The notes under the pieces were generated by a model, which was not told the origin of the DNA, did no database searches, and worked only from the letters and a program-made list of their open reading frames with translations. Positions 35,553 through 44,360 of a stretch of 64,000 nt of DNA are shown piece by piece. The DNA is taken from contig JAJFHE010000036.1 of assembly GCA_021775755.1 (NCBI GenBank), forward strand, positions 52,198 through 116,197. The letters run 5' to 3'. Source of the DNA: Hyphomicrobiales bacterium (GTDB taxonomy: Bacteria > Pseudomonadota > Alphaproteobacteria > Rhizobiales > JAJFHB01). Both the position numbers and the translations under genes were made by a program. Every line of letters starts with the position of its first letter. The first letter of the stretch is position 1.

Positions 35553-36167
35553 ATGCCTGAAGCGATCGCAGACATTGCTTTCACCGACACCGTCAAACGG
35601 GCGCAAACCGCTCGCGGCTCGCGCGAGAACTACGAAAAGCACATCGCAAAACGAGATTGGGAAAGCACCGTTACACCTGACCTTGCCGCCTTCATAGCCG
35701 AGCGCAACAGCTTCTACATGGCCAGCGCAAACGCTGACGGCCAGCCTTACATCCAGCATCGCGGTGGCAAGAAGGGCTTCCTGAAAGTGCTCGGCGAGCG
35801 CACACTGGGGTTTGCCGACTACGCCGGCAACCGCCAGTACATCTCGCTCGGTAATCTCGAAGACAACGACCGCGCCTACATATTCCTGATGGACTATGCC
35901 AACCGACGGCGTATCAAAGTGTGGGGCCGCGCCCGGGTGGTTGAAGGAGACGACGGGTTGCTCGACCAGGTTCGCGACCCGGACTACCGGGCACGGCCCG
36001 AACGGGTCATCGTGTTCGACATTACAGCCTGGGATGTCAACTGCCCGCAGCATATCCCGGTGCTGCTCGATGAAGAGGCGGTTGCCGACCGCGAAGCCGC
36101 GCTGCGCGGGCGGATTGCCGAGCTTGAAGAGGAAAACGAGCGTTTGACGGCTGCCGCTATCGGTTGA
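35553..36167 (+). CDS. Pyridoxamine 5'-phosphate oxidase family (FMN-binding) protein
   Basis: FYMASANADGQPYIQHRGG, FADYAGNRQYISLGN, RRRIKVWG, WDVNCPQHI. Confidence 0.9.
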   Translation: MPEAIADIAFTDTVKRAQTARGSRENYEKHIAKRDWESTVTPDLAAFIAERNSFYMASANADGQPYIQHRGGKKGFLKVLGERTLGFADYAGNRQYISLGNLEDNDRAYIFLMDYANRRRIKVWGRARVVEGDDGLLDQVRDPDYRARPERVIVFDITAWDVNCPQHIPVLLDEEAVADREAALRGRIAELEEENERLTAAAIG

Positions 36168-37758
36168 GTTCGCCCGTATTGTCAGTTGCCAGGCTTTGCA
36201 GCGCCTTCTTGTCGATCTTGCCGATGGGCAGCATGGGCAGTTGGCGTCGAATGTCGAAAGCCTTCGGCACTTTGTAGTTGGAAAGACGCTCGCGGCAATG
36301 CTGTTCGATTTCTTCCCGCGACGGCAGCAATTCGCTATCGGAGAGAATGTATGCGTGTCCGACCTCGTTGTAGACAGGATGGGAGACCGAAATGACAGCT
36401 GCCATGGCAACGGCCGGATGTTCCTCAAGCGCGGCTTCGATCTCGCGCGGATAGATGTTGTAGCCGCCCGACTTGAACATCTCCTTTAGGCGTCCGACGA
36501 TCCGGTAATCGCCCTGTTCGAGACGCTGGCCGACATCGCCTGTGTGCAGCCAGCCATCCGGCGTGAAGGCGGCTCCGGTATCGTCGGGACGGTTGAAGTA
36601 GCCGACCATGACAGTATCGGATTTCACCTGGATCTCTCCGTCTCCGCCATCAGTCACCGGGGCTCCGTCTTCACCAGCAAGACGCACCTCAAAACCGTCA
36701 GCCGGCGCACCGACGGTTTCAGCAAGAGTGTCATCCGATGCTCCGCTGGCTGTATAAAGTATTTCGCCTCCACTTTCGGTCGACCCGTAGCTTGTGAAGA
36801 GGTTCGGGGTAATCGCACGCAGTTTCGCGATCAGATCGCGCGGCGCCGGTGCGCCGCTCCAGATGATGGTCTGGAGCGATCGCAGATCGTTCACGTCGAG
36901 CGCATCGTGTTCGAGCAGGATCTGATAAATGGTCGCCACCTGGTGAATGATGGTCACGGTGTCGCGCGCGATCACCTCACCCATGCGCGCGGGATCGAAG
37001 CGCTCTATGAAGACCAGCGCGCCACCTGCTACCAGCGCCTGACAGCATCCCTGCACCGCCATGCCGACATGATTGATCGGAAGATTGCCGAGAATGCGGA
37101 ACGGCTCCGCCCACCAGTGTGCGCATTGTTCGCGTGTCGTGCGCACAATGCCACGATGCGACAGCAACGCACCCTTGGGGCGGCCGGTCGAGCCCGATGT
37201 ATAGACGATAAGCGCCGCATCGCCCGGATCGACGGCGGCGCGGGCGGCGGAGAACGCCGCATCGCCGGCGCCGCTTTCCAGAAATTCTGCATAGGGCCGT
37301 GCACCCTCCAAACCTTCCCTGTCGAGAGCGACAAGCTGCTTGAAGGAAGTTTCTGCGCGCATCAGTTCAGCGATGTCATCGCCGTACTCGCGGCCCTCGA
37401 ATGCTGAAATGGCGAACAGCGCCGAGGGTTTTGCATCGGAGACGATGTAGGAAAGCTCAGCCAGTGTGGCGCGTGGATTAAGCCCGAGCCAGATGGCGCC
37501 GATGCGCGCTGAGGCCATGAACACGATCATGAATTCGGGCCTCGGCGTCGACAGCATGGCGACGCGGTCGCCGTGCTGCACGCCAGCGGCAATCAGGGCG
37601 CGGGCGCAGCGGTCGACGTCGCGTGCGAATTCGCGATAGCTGAGCGTCTGCCCCTCAAACACCAGTGCGTCGGCGTCGGGCCGGTCCAGCGCAAAATGGG
37701 CCGGATAGTCGCTGATCAGCGCAAGATCCGGTGTCCGCGACAAATCATTCACGCTCAT
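36157..37758 (-). CDS. Class I adenylate-forming enzyme (acyl-CoA synthetase)
   Basis: YTSGSTGRPKG, YGSTE, WLHTGD, KSGGYNIYPREIE, GKIDK; start chosen to overlap the MaoC stop. Confidence 0.93.
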   Translation of the reverse strand: MSVNDLSRTPDLALISDYPAHFALDRPDADALVFEGQTLSYREFARDVDRCARALIAAGVQHGDRVAMLSTPRPEFMIVFMASARIGAIWLGLNPRATLAELSYIVSDAKPSALFAISAFEGREYGDDIAELMRAETSFKQLVALDREGLEGARPYAEFLESGAGDAAFSAARAAVDPGDAALIVYTSGSTGRPKGALLSHRGIVRTTREQCAHWWAEPFRILGNLPINHVGMAVQGCCQALVAGGALVFIERFDPARMGEVIARDTVTIIHQVATIYQILLEHDALDVNDLRSLQTIIWSGAPAPRDLIAKLRAITPNLFTSYGSTESGGEILYTASGASDDTLAETVGAPADGFEVRLAGEDGAPVTDGGDGEIQVKSDTVMVGYFNRPDDTGAAFTPDGWLHTGDVGQRLEQGDYRIVGRLKEMFKSGGYNIYPREIEAALEEHPAVAMAAVISVSHPVYNEVGHAYILSDSELLPSREEIEQHCRERLSNYKVPKAFDIRRQLPMLPIGKIDKKALQSLATDNTGELNR

Positions 37759-38243
37759 GCAGGCGAACCTTCGGGCTTCACCCACATGGAGAGCCACTCC
37801 GCGACCAGAGCCGGCTTTTCCTTGCCCTCGATCTCGACCACCGTATCAAGCGTCATCAGAAGCTGGCCGGGTTTGCGCTCTACAGCGTCGCGCAGCGTGA
37901 AGTGGCCGCGGATGCGCTCGCCGGCGTGCACGGGTTCGATCATGCGGAGTTTGTCGAAGCCGTAGTTCGCCGGATAGCCTTCCGTCTCCGCATCGCCATC
38001 GAGAGGATATTTGTAGACGTCATAGGCCATGCGCGCGAGCATCGACACGGTGAGAAAACCGAACGCGATCGGTTTGCCCCATGGACTGTTCTCCTTGCAC
38101 CATTCGGGATCTATGTGGGCCGGATCGAGGTCTTCGGTCGTGTGCCCGAACTCCGTGATGCGCTTCTGATCCATGGTGATCCAACCGGAAGTGAATGTCT
38201 TGCCAACCGCCTCGTGAGCCGTCTGCGGGGTGAAACTTTCCAT
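37755..38243 (-). CDS. MaoC family (hot-dog) dehydratase
   Basis: DQKRITEFGHTTEDLDPAHID, IAFGFLTVS, NYGFDKLRMIEPV. Confidence 0.88.
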   Translation of the reverse strand: MESFTPQTAHEAVGKTFTSGWITMDQKRITEFGHTTEDLDPAHIDPEWCKENSPWGKPIAFGFLTVSMLARMAYDVYKYPLDGDAETEGYPANYGFDKLRMIEPVHAGERIRGHFTLRDAVERKPGQLLMTLDTVVEIEGKEKPALVAEWLSMWVKPEGSPA

Positions 38244-38263
38244 TGCTTGTGCTCCCTTATTGT

Positions 38264-39937
38264 CTAGAGCCCGGAACAGCACGGGCAGGTTACGCTGGCA
38301 GTTGAGAGATAGCGGCGTGCTGTGCCGGGTGTTAGTGCAGGCATAGCGGGGCGAGACTGCAGTTTACGGTCACCGGCATTCGCTGTCGCACCCGCATGAT
38401 GCGTTCCGGGACCGCGTGCCGCACCCTTGCGCGCCAGAATTTCGAAGTCGCGCGCGGCAATCATAGTTTCGATCTCGATACTGTCGTCGCCCATGGCGCG
38501 CCAGTCGTAATACTCCGCTCCGTCGCAGCGCACGTCCACAGATTGCGCATCGTCGAGATTGGTGACGCGAAGCTTTGTTTTCATACCGGCCTTCGAGGGC
38601 GTTGCCGCGTAGGTTGCGACGTGAAGGATGCCGTCATCGTCATTCTCCGCGCGCGCAATGCCAAGGTTCGGGAAGTCGACACCTTCAATGCTCGGCGCAT
38701 TGAAACGGGCAAGATCAGGGGCATTGAAGATGCGCGACCAGGCTCCCGGTCCCCCGACTTCCGCCACCATGGCCAGAGCGCTCATCTGGCCGCGCGGCCA
38801 GTCTTCGCCGAGATAAAACCAGAAGCCGAACTCCGAGCCGCCATCGCCGAAGCCGCGCGGTTCGGCAATCTCTTCAACCGCTGAACGCAACCGCGCCTCC
38901 GCCGTAACATCGCCGAACTCCTTGGCGAGCACCAACGCCAGCACCGTGAAACGCGGATCGGGTGGGATGCGCAGCTTCTTCGAAGTGTCGCTCCAGCCCA
39001 TGCGCGCCGCCGCGGAGCGATAGAGAATTTCCGCAAGCGAGGGATCGTGCGGCAGAAGATAGAAGCAGGTGCCAAGGCCCGCCCCCGGCCCGCCGGTGTG
39101 CAGGCAATCTTCTATCGGATCGAAATAGAGTGCCATCCATTCCAGCTTGTCGTCGGAGATCGACATGTAGTGTTTGCGCGCATAGGCGATCCACTCATCG
39201 AACACCTGGACGTTCGACGTGCCACGCACCGCGTCGTAGAGCTTCACGCCAAGGCCCGCCGCGCTCAGGCAGAACGGCCAGATTTTGGTGTTCTCGCAAT
39301 GCGGGCCCTCGGGCCGTGCGGCCCACTGGTTTGTGAGAAATGCGTTGACCCGGTCATGCGTCCATTCGAACGTCCGTTCTTCAACGCCCGCGACCTTGAA
39401 GGGCTGGCGCCACTTGCCGTCATTGCTGACTGTCGCATAAAGGCCCATCAGCATGTTGAACCAGCCGCGGAAAAAAAGGTTGCCGTCCGAGGCAATCGGA
39501 TCGGGCTGCAGACCCCAGGGCTCGATGCCGTTGGCGGTCCAGCCCGGTGTGTCGTAGCGGCCGCGCAGGTGCTCGGGGATCCAGATATCGAGCCATTCCT
39601 GCGGATAGTTTTCACGGCGCGGATCGGGGCCGAACTGGGTGAGCCAGTCGATCGCCGCCCAATAGGTGGTGTGACGTTCGACAAGGCCATCGAGAATTTG
39701 CGCATAGGCCTCGCGCCACGCCGGCGTCTGCTGCGCCATGGCCGCCACCGCATAGCTTGATTCGGAAAGGTCGAAACGCGCGAAACTTTGAACCGGTTCG
39801 GATGAGTAGCGGTCCCACCAGGGGTGCGGTTCGCCGGCACTCGACCAGTCGTCGGATGTCGTTGCCTTGGTCCACAGGTGTTTCAGCCAACCGCGCGATC
39901 GTTCGTTGAGGCCGGTGGGATTTGACGGTGACGGCAT
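38264..39937 (-). CDS. Linalool dehydratase/isomerase (Ldi)-like protein
   Basis: DPIASDGNLFFRGWFNMLMGLY and CENTKIWPFCLSAAGLGVKLYDAVRGT align by eye to LinD [21 protein letters not shown] and [27 protein letters not shown] (recalled from memory); AGGAG SD. Confidence 0.72.
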   Translation of the reverse strand: MPSPSNPTGLNERSRGWLKHLWTKATTSDDWSSAGEPHPWWDRYSSEPVQSFARFDLSESSYAVAAMAQQTPAWREAYAQILDGLVERHTTYWAAIDWLTQFGPDPRRENYPQEWLDIWIPEHLRGRYDTPGWTANGIEPWGLQPDPIASDGNLFFRGWFNMLMGLYATVSNDGKWRQPFKVAGVEERTFEWTHDRVNAFLTNQWAARPEGPHCENTKIWPFCLSAAGLGVKLYDAVRGTSNVQVFDEWIAYARKHYMSISDDKLEWMALYFDPIEDCLHTGGPGAGLGTCFYLLPHDPSLAEILYRSAAARMGWSDTSKKLRIPPDPRFTVLALVLAKEFGDVTAEARLRSAVEEIAEPRGFGDGGSEFGFWFYLGEDWPRGQMSALAMVAEVGGPGAWSRIFNAPDLARFNAPSIEGVDFPNLGIARAENDDDGILHVATYAATPSKAGMKTKLRVTNLDDAQSVDVRCDGAEYYDWRAMGDDSIEIETMIAARDFEILARKGAARGPGTHHAGATANAGDRKLQSRPAMPALTPGTARRYLSTASVTCPCCSGL

Positions 39938-40051
39938 GGTTCTCCTGGTCCTCGTCGGGGATAAAGGCTTCACACATGGGGCTACGGCTGTGATAGTGGC
40001 GGCGACCCCGCCGCACCGTCAAGAGCGTCCTCACAAGGCTTAAAGGCACAG

Positions 40052-40984
40052 ATGCCGAACCCGCCACACCTGCCCGTGCAGGGCCCGCCCGCATTGGACG
40101 CTTCCGCCGCGCCCGGCACGCGGCGCGGCTTTGTGCTGGGCGCGGCCTATATGGCGCTTGCCTCACTCTGTTTCACGATAATGAACCTCCTGATCCGAGA
40201 GGCCGCGAGCGAGCTCGACCCGCTGCAGATTGCCTTTCTGCGTAACATCTTCGCGCTGATCGCCATGCTGCCGTGGCTGTGGCACGTCGGCTTCGACGGT
40301 CTGCGCACCAAGCGTCTGGGATTACAGCTGACGCGCGGCGTCATCAGTTTCATTGCCATGGCGCTGTGGTTTACCTCCGTCACCGTACTACCGCTCGCCG
40401 AGGCGGTGGCGCTCAACTTCACGCTGCCGCTGTTCGTGACGGCGGGGGCTGCGTTGTTTCTCGCCGAGCGCGTCGGCATGCGGCGCTGGGCGGCAACAGC
40501 CATCGGCTTTCTCGGAACGCTGGTTATTCTCCGTCCCGGTTTTGAAGTGGTTACGCTGGTGAGCATGTTGCCGATCTTCGCCGCCCTGGCCATGGCGACC
40601 ACATCGCTTATCGTCAAAAGCCTGTCGGGAACGGAGAACCCCAACGCCATCGTGTTCTACATGAACCTGATGCTCACGCCGATCTCCCTGGTGCCCGCGC
40701 TGTTTGTGTGGCGGTGGCCGAGCTGGTACGTGCTTGGCCTCACGGTCGCCCTCGGCGTGCTTGCGATGATCGCGCATATGTTCTTCACCCGCGCCTACCG
40801 CCATGCCGACGCATCGGCGATCATGCCGTTCGAATATCTGCGCCTGCCGCTGATCGCGGCCGCCGCCTATCTGCTCTACACGGAAATTCCCGACAGCTGG
40901 ACCTGGGCCGGTGCCGCGATCATCATAGGCTCCGCACTCTATATTGCGCACAGAGAGGCGCGTGTACGCGCCGTGCGCAGGTAA
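40052..40984 (+). CDS. DMT/EamA family transporter
   Basis: Hydrophobic repeats, FLAERVGMRRW, MPFEYLRLP. Confidence 0.9.
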   Translation: MPNPPHLPVQGPPALDASAAPGTRRGFVLGAAYMALASLCFTIMNLLIREAASELDPLQIAFLRNIFALIAMLPWLWHVGFDGLRTKRLGLQLTRGVISFIAMALWFTSVTVLPLAEAVALNFTLPLFVTAGAALFLAERVGMRRWAATAIGFLGTLVILRPGFEVVTLVSMLPIFAALAMATTSLIVKSLSGTENPNAIVFYMNLMLTPISLVPALFVWRWPSWYVLGLTVALGVLAMIAHMFFTRAYRHADASAIMPFEYLRLPLIAAAAYLLYTEIPDSWTWAGAAIIIGSALYIAHREARVRAVRR

Positions 40985-41070
40985 CATTGGATTTACCGCA
41001 AAACTATTGTCATCGACCGCGAACAGGGTAATAGTCGGGGCAGGTTCAATCAGCGAAAGGAGGTGATCCA

Positions 41071-41151
41071 ATGTCACATGAGATCAAGGCGGTGTCAGAG
41101 GACTTTGGATGTTTTACAGGGATGACGGAGCAGCCTTCGCTTCTCCTGTAG
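41071..41151 (+). CDS. Putative 26-aa small ORF (MSHEIKAVSEDFGCFTGMTEQPSLLL)
   Basis: Preceded by GAAAGGAGGTGATCCA with optimal 7-nt spacing from GGAGG; no homology evidence. Confidence 0.4.
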   Translation: MSHEIKAVSEDFGCFTGMTEQPSLLL

Positions 41152-41274
41152 CACCTTCGAACCGGACCCCCGGTTCGGGGTCCCGGCATACGCCAAACTC
41201 ATGGAGGGCCGCAGCAATGCGGCCCTTTTTGATGCTAAAGTAGCTCCGCTTGCTTGCAACCAGGGTGACTGCAG

Positions 41275-41523
41275 ATGGTTGAAAATATCGCAATCAAAAT
41301 CGACGACATCTACGTGCCGATCAGCCGGCGCAAGACGCTTGAACCCGAAAAGGTCGAACCGCTTGCGGAAAGCATTCTCGAAGAAGGCCAGCAGATCCCC
41401 ATTCAGGTACGCGACGACGGCAAGCGGCTGGTGCTCGTTGAAGGCCTGCACCGGCTCGAAGCGTGCAAACTGCTCGGCGAGGAAACGATCATCGGTATCT
41501 TCGTGCACGCGCGGCGGCACTAA
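41275..41523 (+). CDS. Stand-alone ParB/sulfiredoxin N-terminal domain protein
   Basis: LAESILEEGQQIPIQVR and LVEGLHRLEA (GxxRxxA); only 82 aa, no HTH. Confidence 0.85.
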   Translation: MVENIAIKIDDIYVPISRRKTLEPEKVEPLAESILEEGQQIPIQVRDDGKRLVLVEGLHRLEACKLLGEETIIGIFVHARRH

Positions 41524-41535
41524 GGCCGGGCGGCT

Positions 41536-42480
41536 TTACTGGAACAGCGTTCTGGCGACGCGGAAGCCGCGCCTCAGGAAACGGACGCCGACAGGGTCCG
41601 CATCGCGGCTGCTCGAGCGCATGCCGCGCGGTGGCGAGCGATGGGAACCGCCGCGAAAAATCCGTTCGCGGCAGTCGGTGCCGCTGGTGCGCGCCGCGCC
41701 GTCGGACGGTTCGCTTGAATAGAAGTACCAGCAATCCTCGACCCACTCGCTGACATTGCCATGCATGTCGTGAAGCCCGAAGGCGTTTGCGGGAAATGAC
41801 CCTACAGGTGCGGTATTCTTCCAGACATCGGCTCCCGATACCGCGCCCCAGCAGCAGAAATCCTTGCCGTAGTTGGCATAATCGTGGCTCGGCTCGGCGC
41901 CCCACCAGAATTTCGTCGCCGTTCCGGCCCGGGCGGCATACTCCCACTCGGCTTCGGTGAGCAAACGGTAGGTGTCGCCGGTCTTCCCCGACAGCCATTG
42001 CACGTAGGCTTGCGCGTCGTCCCAGGAGATTCTGATGACGGGCTGGCGGCCCCGGCCCCAGCCGTGGTCGTCGGGGGTGTAGCTACAGCCGCCGTCAGTG
42101 AAACAGGCGTCCCATTCACCAAAGGTTACTTCGAACTTTCCGACGGCGAAGGACGCGGCGATGTTAACCTCGTGCTGCGGGCCTTCTGTCATCTGGTCGC
42201 CCAACTCGTCTGTCGGCAGCCCCACTGTGATGGTGCCCGCAGGCAGCACGACCATCTGCGGGCAAACTTCGCAATCCTGGAACTCGCCGCCGAGTTCGAG
42301 CCCAGTCTCGCGCGAGGCGTCCGCCATGCGGTGTGAATCGATCTGCGGATTAGCCAACGTCGTGAGGCGTTCGTAGTTGGAGTTGCCGATGACCCGTGCG
42401 GCACGATTATCGGCGTGCGCCCCGCCCGCCGCGACAACCGTCAGAATGGCCGTGAAAACAGCCGGGACCATCGTGCGCAT
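41536..42480 (-). CDS. Secreted FGE-sulfatase/CLec domain protein carrying a ~35-aa caspase remnant
   Basis: Signal peptide, then AARVIGNSNYERLTTLANPQIDSHRMADASRE fused directly to FQDCEVCPQMVVLPAG...EAEWEYAARAG...GFRVART; no His/Cys caspase dyad. Confidence 0.8.
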   Translation of the reverse strand: MRTMVPAVFTAILTVVAAGGAHADNRAARVIGNSNYERLTTLANPQIDSHRMADASRETGLELGGEFQDCEVCPQMVVLPAGTITVGLPTDELGDQMTEGPQHEVNIAASFAVGKFEVTFGEWDACFTDGGCSYTPDDHGWGRGRQPVIRISWDDAQAYVQWLSGKTGDTYRLLTEAEWEYAARAGTATKFWWGAEPSHDYANYGKDFCCWGAVSGADVWKNTAPVGSFPANAFGLHDMHGNVSEWVEDCWYFYSSEPSDGAARTSGTDCRERIFRGGSHRSPPRGMRSSSRDADPVGVRFLRRGFRVARTLFQ

Positions 42481-42553
42481 AGCAGCCTCATATCGATTCG
42501 TCACACCCGCCCGGAATTCTAACTCCGGCCTGGCTAGGTTATGGAACAAAACC

Positions 42554-44275
42554 TCATGGCGAAAGCGTTCTGGCAACGCGGAACCCGGCCAATTCGTCCA
42601 TAAAAACGGTCCAGCGCCCGTAGCGGCTGGCCGAGCGAAGATCCTTCGCTTCGTCTTTCCAGGAGCCGCCGCGCAGAACGTGCTTTGTGCAGTCACCGCT
42701 CATGCGGGCAGAACCGTCGTCCGGCGCACCCGCATAGCTGTCGTTCCAGCAATCCTCCACCCACTCCGAAACATTGCCATGCATATCGAAAAGGCCGAAG
42801 CCGTTCACATCGGACTGCCCGACGACTGCGGTGCTTCGCAGGTAGCGCGTTAAGCCGCGATGGTTCGCCTCAAGCGAAGCGAGAAAATTGCCTGTGGAAA
42901 ATGGTGTCGTGGTGCCCGCGCGGGCCGCATATTCCCATTCGGCCTCCGAGAGCAGACGGTAGGCCTCGCCGGTCGTCCTTGAGAGCCAAGCCACATAAGC
43001 CTTCGCGTGATCCCAGGAGATGTTCAAGACGGGCTGCCGCCCCCGGCCGAATCTACCTGACGGATGGTGTCCGCATTCCGCACGCGCATGCCTCTTGCAA
43101 AAAGCATCCCATTCGAAGAAGGTCACCTCGAACCTGCCAACCGCGAAGTTTTGGGGAATGGTCACCGTGTGCTGTGGGCCTTCAGTGTCGCGGCGGTCAT
43201 CCTCATCCGCAGGCGACCCCATCATGAACGACCCCGCAGGCACGACCACCATTTCCGGGCAGTCATCGCAGTCGCGGAACTCATCGCCGGTCCGGTACTG
43301 GCCCGTGGGCTGCGGCTGCTCGGGATAGACGCCAACGGCCACCCTGTCTTCATCCGGTTCGCCTTCAAGCTCTATGAGCCGCGCCCTTGCGAACTCGGCG
43401 TAGAGGCTATCGGGAAACTTCTCGATGAACGTCTCCAGCACGGCCCTGCTTTGCGTGTTCTGGATCGCTGTCCATGCTGCGGCGTCCGGAGCCGTGCCGG
43501 GGGTCAAAGGAGCAACGATGGCTCCGGGCAAGAAGTAGAAATCGTCCTTGAGCGACTGCTCCTCCCACGGCGTCTGAGCGCCTCCGGTTTGCGCCTCGAC
43601 CGCGATGCGTGTCTGGCGGAACACATGAATGAGTTCGCTTCCCGCCTGCCTGATCGCTTCGGCAAGTGCCGCCGTATAGGGGCTGTTGGCGCCATTGCCG
43701 TCGGCTGCGACCTGACCGGGCGCTGCGGAATAGGCGATGAGCGAGCCGGACGGTGCCTCGATGCGGCCAAGGCCGCGCGAGGCGGAGCGGAACGCACCGC
43801 GGAACGGATTGTTGCGGCAGGCATCGAGCACGACGATGTTCAGTCTGTTTCTTGCACGCTCCATCTGGCGCAATACCCAGCGCGCGTCGACCGCATCGAG
43901 CTCCAGATCCTCTTCCGTGTTGATGTTGGCGCCAAGCGGCAGCAGGAAGTTCGAATTGAGGGCCTGCACGCCGTGGCCGGCATAGAAGAAGAGGCCCACC
44001 GCGTCCGCACCGGCGGCGGCAAGCTTCGCGCCGAACTCGCGCATGGCGCGGATCATTCCCGAGCGGTCCGCATTCAACGCCTCGACGACCTCAAAACCGA
44101 CATCGCGCAAGGCGCCAGCCATGAGGCGCGCGTCGTTTTCCGGATTGGCGAGCGGCGAGATCAGCTCGTACTCGGAATTGCCGATGACCAACGCGACGCG
44201 CTTTTCAGCGAGAGCGTCGCCCGCCACAAGAAACGTCAGAAAGGCGACCAAAGCAGCCAAGGCTATCGTGCGCAT
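42554..44275 (-). CDS. Secreted caspase-like protease (peptidase C14) fused to an FGE-sulfatase/CLec domain
   Basis: Signal peptide ending ALA; RVALVIGN, FFYAGHG, LDACRNNPF; FGE core EAEWEYAARAG, FGLFDMHGNVSEWV, GFRVART; GAGGTG SD. Confidence 0.92.
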   Translation of the reverse strand: MRTIALAALVAFLTFLVAGDALAEKRVALVIGNSEYELISPLANPENDARLMAGALRDVGFEVVEALNADRSGMIRAMREFGAKLAAAGADAVGLFFYAGHGVQALNSNFLLPLGANINTEEDLELDAVDARWVLRQMERARNRLNIVVLDACRNNPFRGAFRSASRGLGRIEAPSGSLIAYSAAPGQVAADGNGANSPYTAALAEAIRQAGSELIHVFRQTRIAVEAQTGGAQTPWEEQSLKDDFYFLPGAIVAPLTPGTAPDAAAWTAIQNTQSRAVLETFIEKFPDSLYAEFARARLIELEGEPDEDRVAVGVYPEQPQPTGQYRTGDEFRDCDDCPEMVVVPAGSFMMGSPADEDDRRDTEGPQHTVTIPQNFAVGRFEVTFFEWDAFCKRHARAECGHHPSGRFGRGRQPVLNISWDHAKAYVAWLSRTTGEAYRLLSEAEWEYAARAGTTTPFSTGNFLASLEANHRGLTRYLRSTAVVGQSDVNGFGLFDMHGNVSEWVEDCWNDSYAGAPDDGSARMSGDCTKHVLRGGSWKDEAKDLRSASRYGRWTVFMDELAGFRVARTLSP

Positions 44276-44360
44276 GTTCACCTCATTTTGTGCCGTCACG
44301 ATGGCTTTGAAGCCACCGGACACTCGAACTCCAGATCCTTGAGCCAAGGAAGACATAGTC

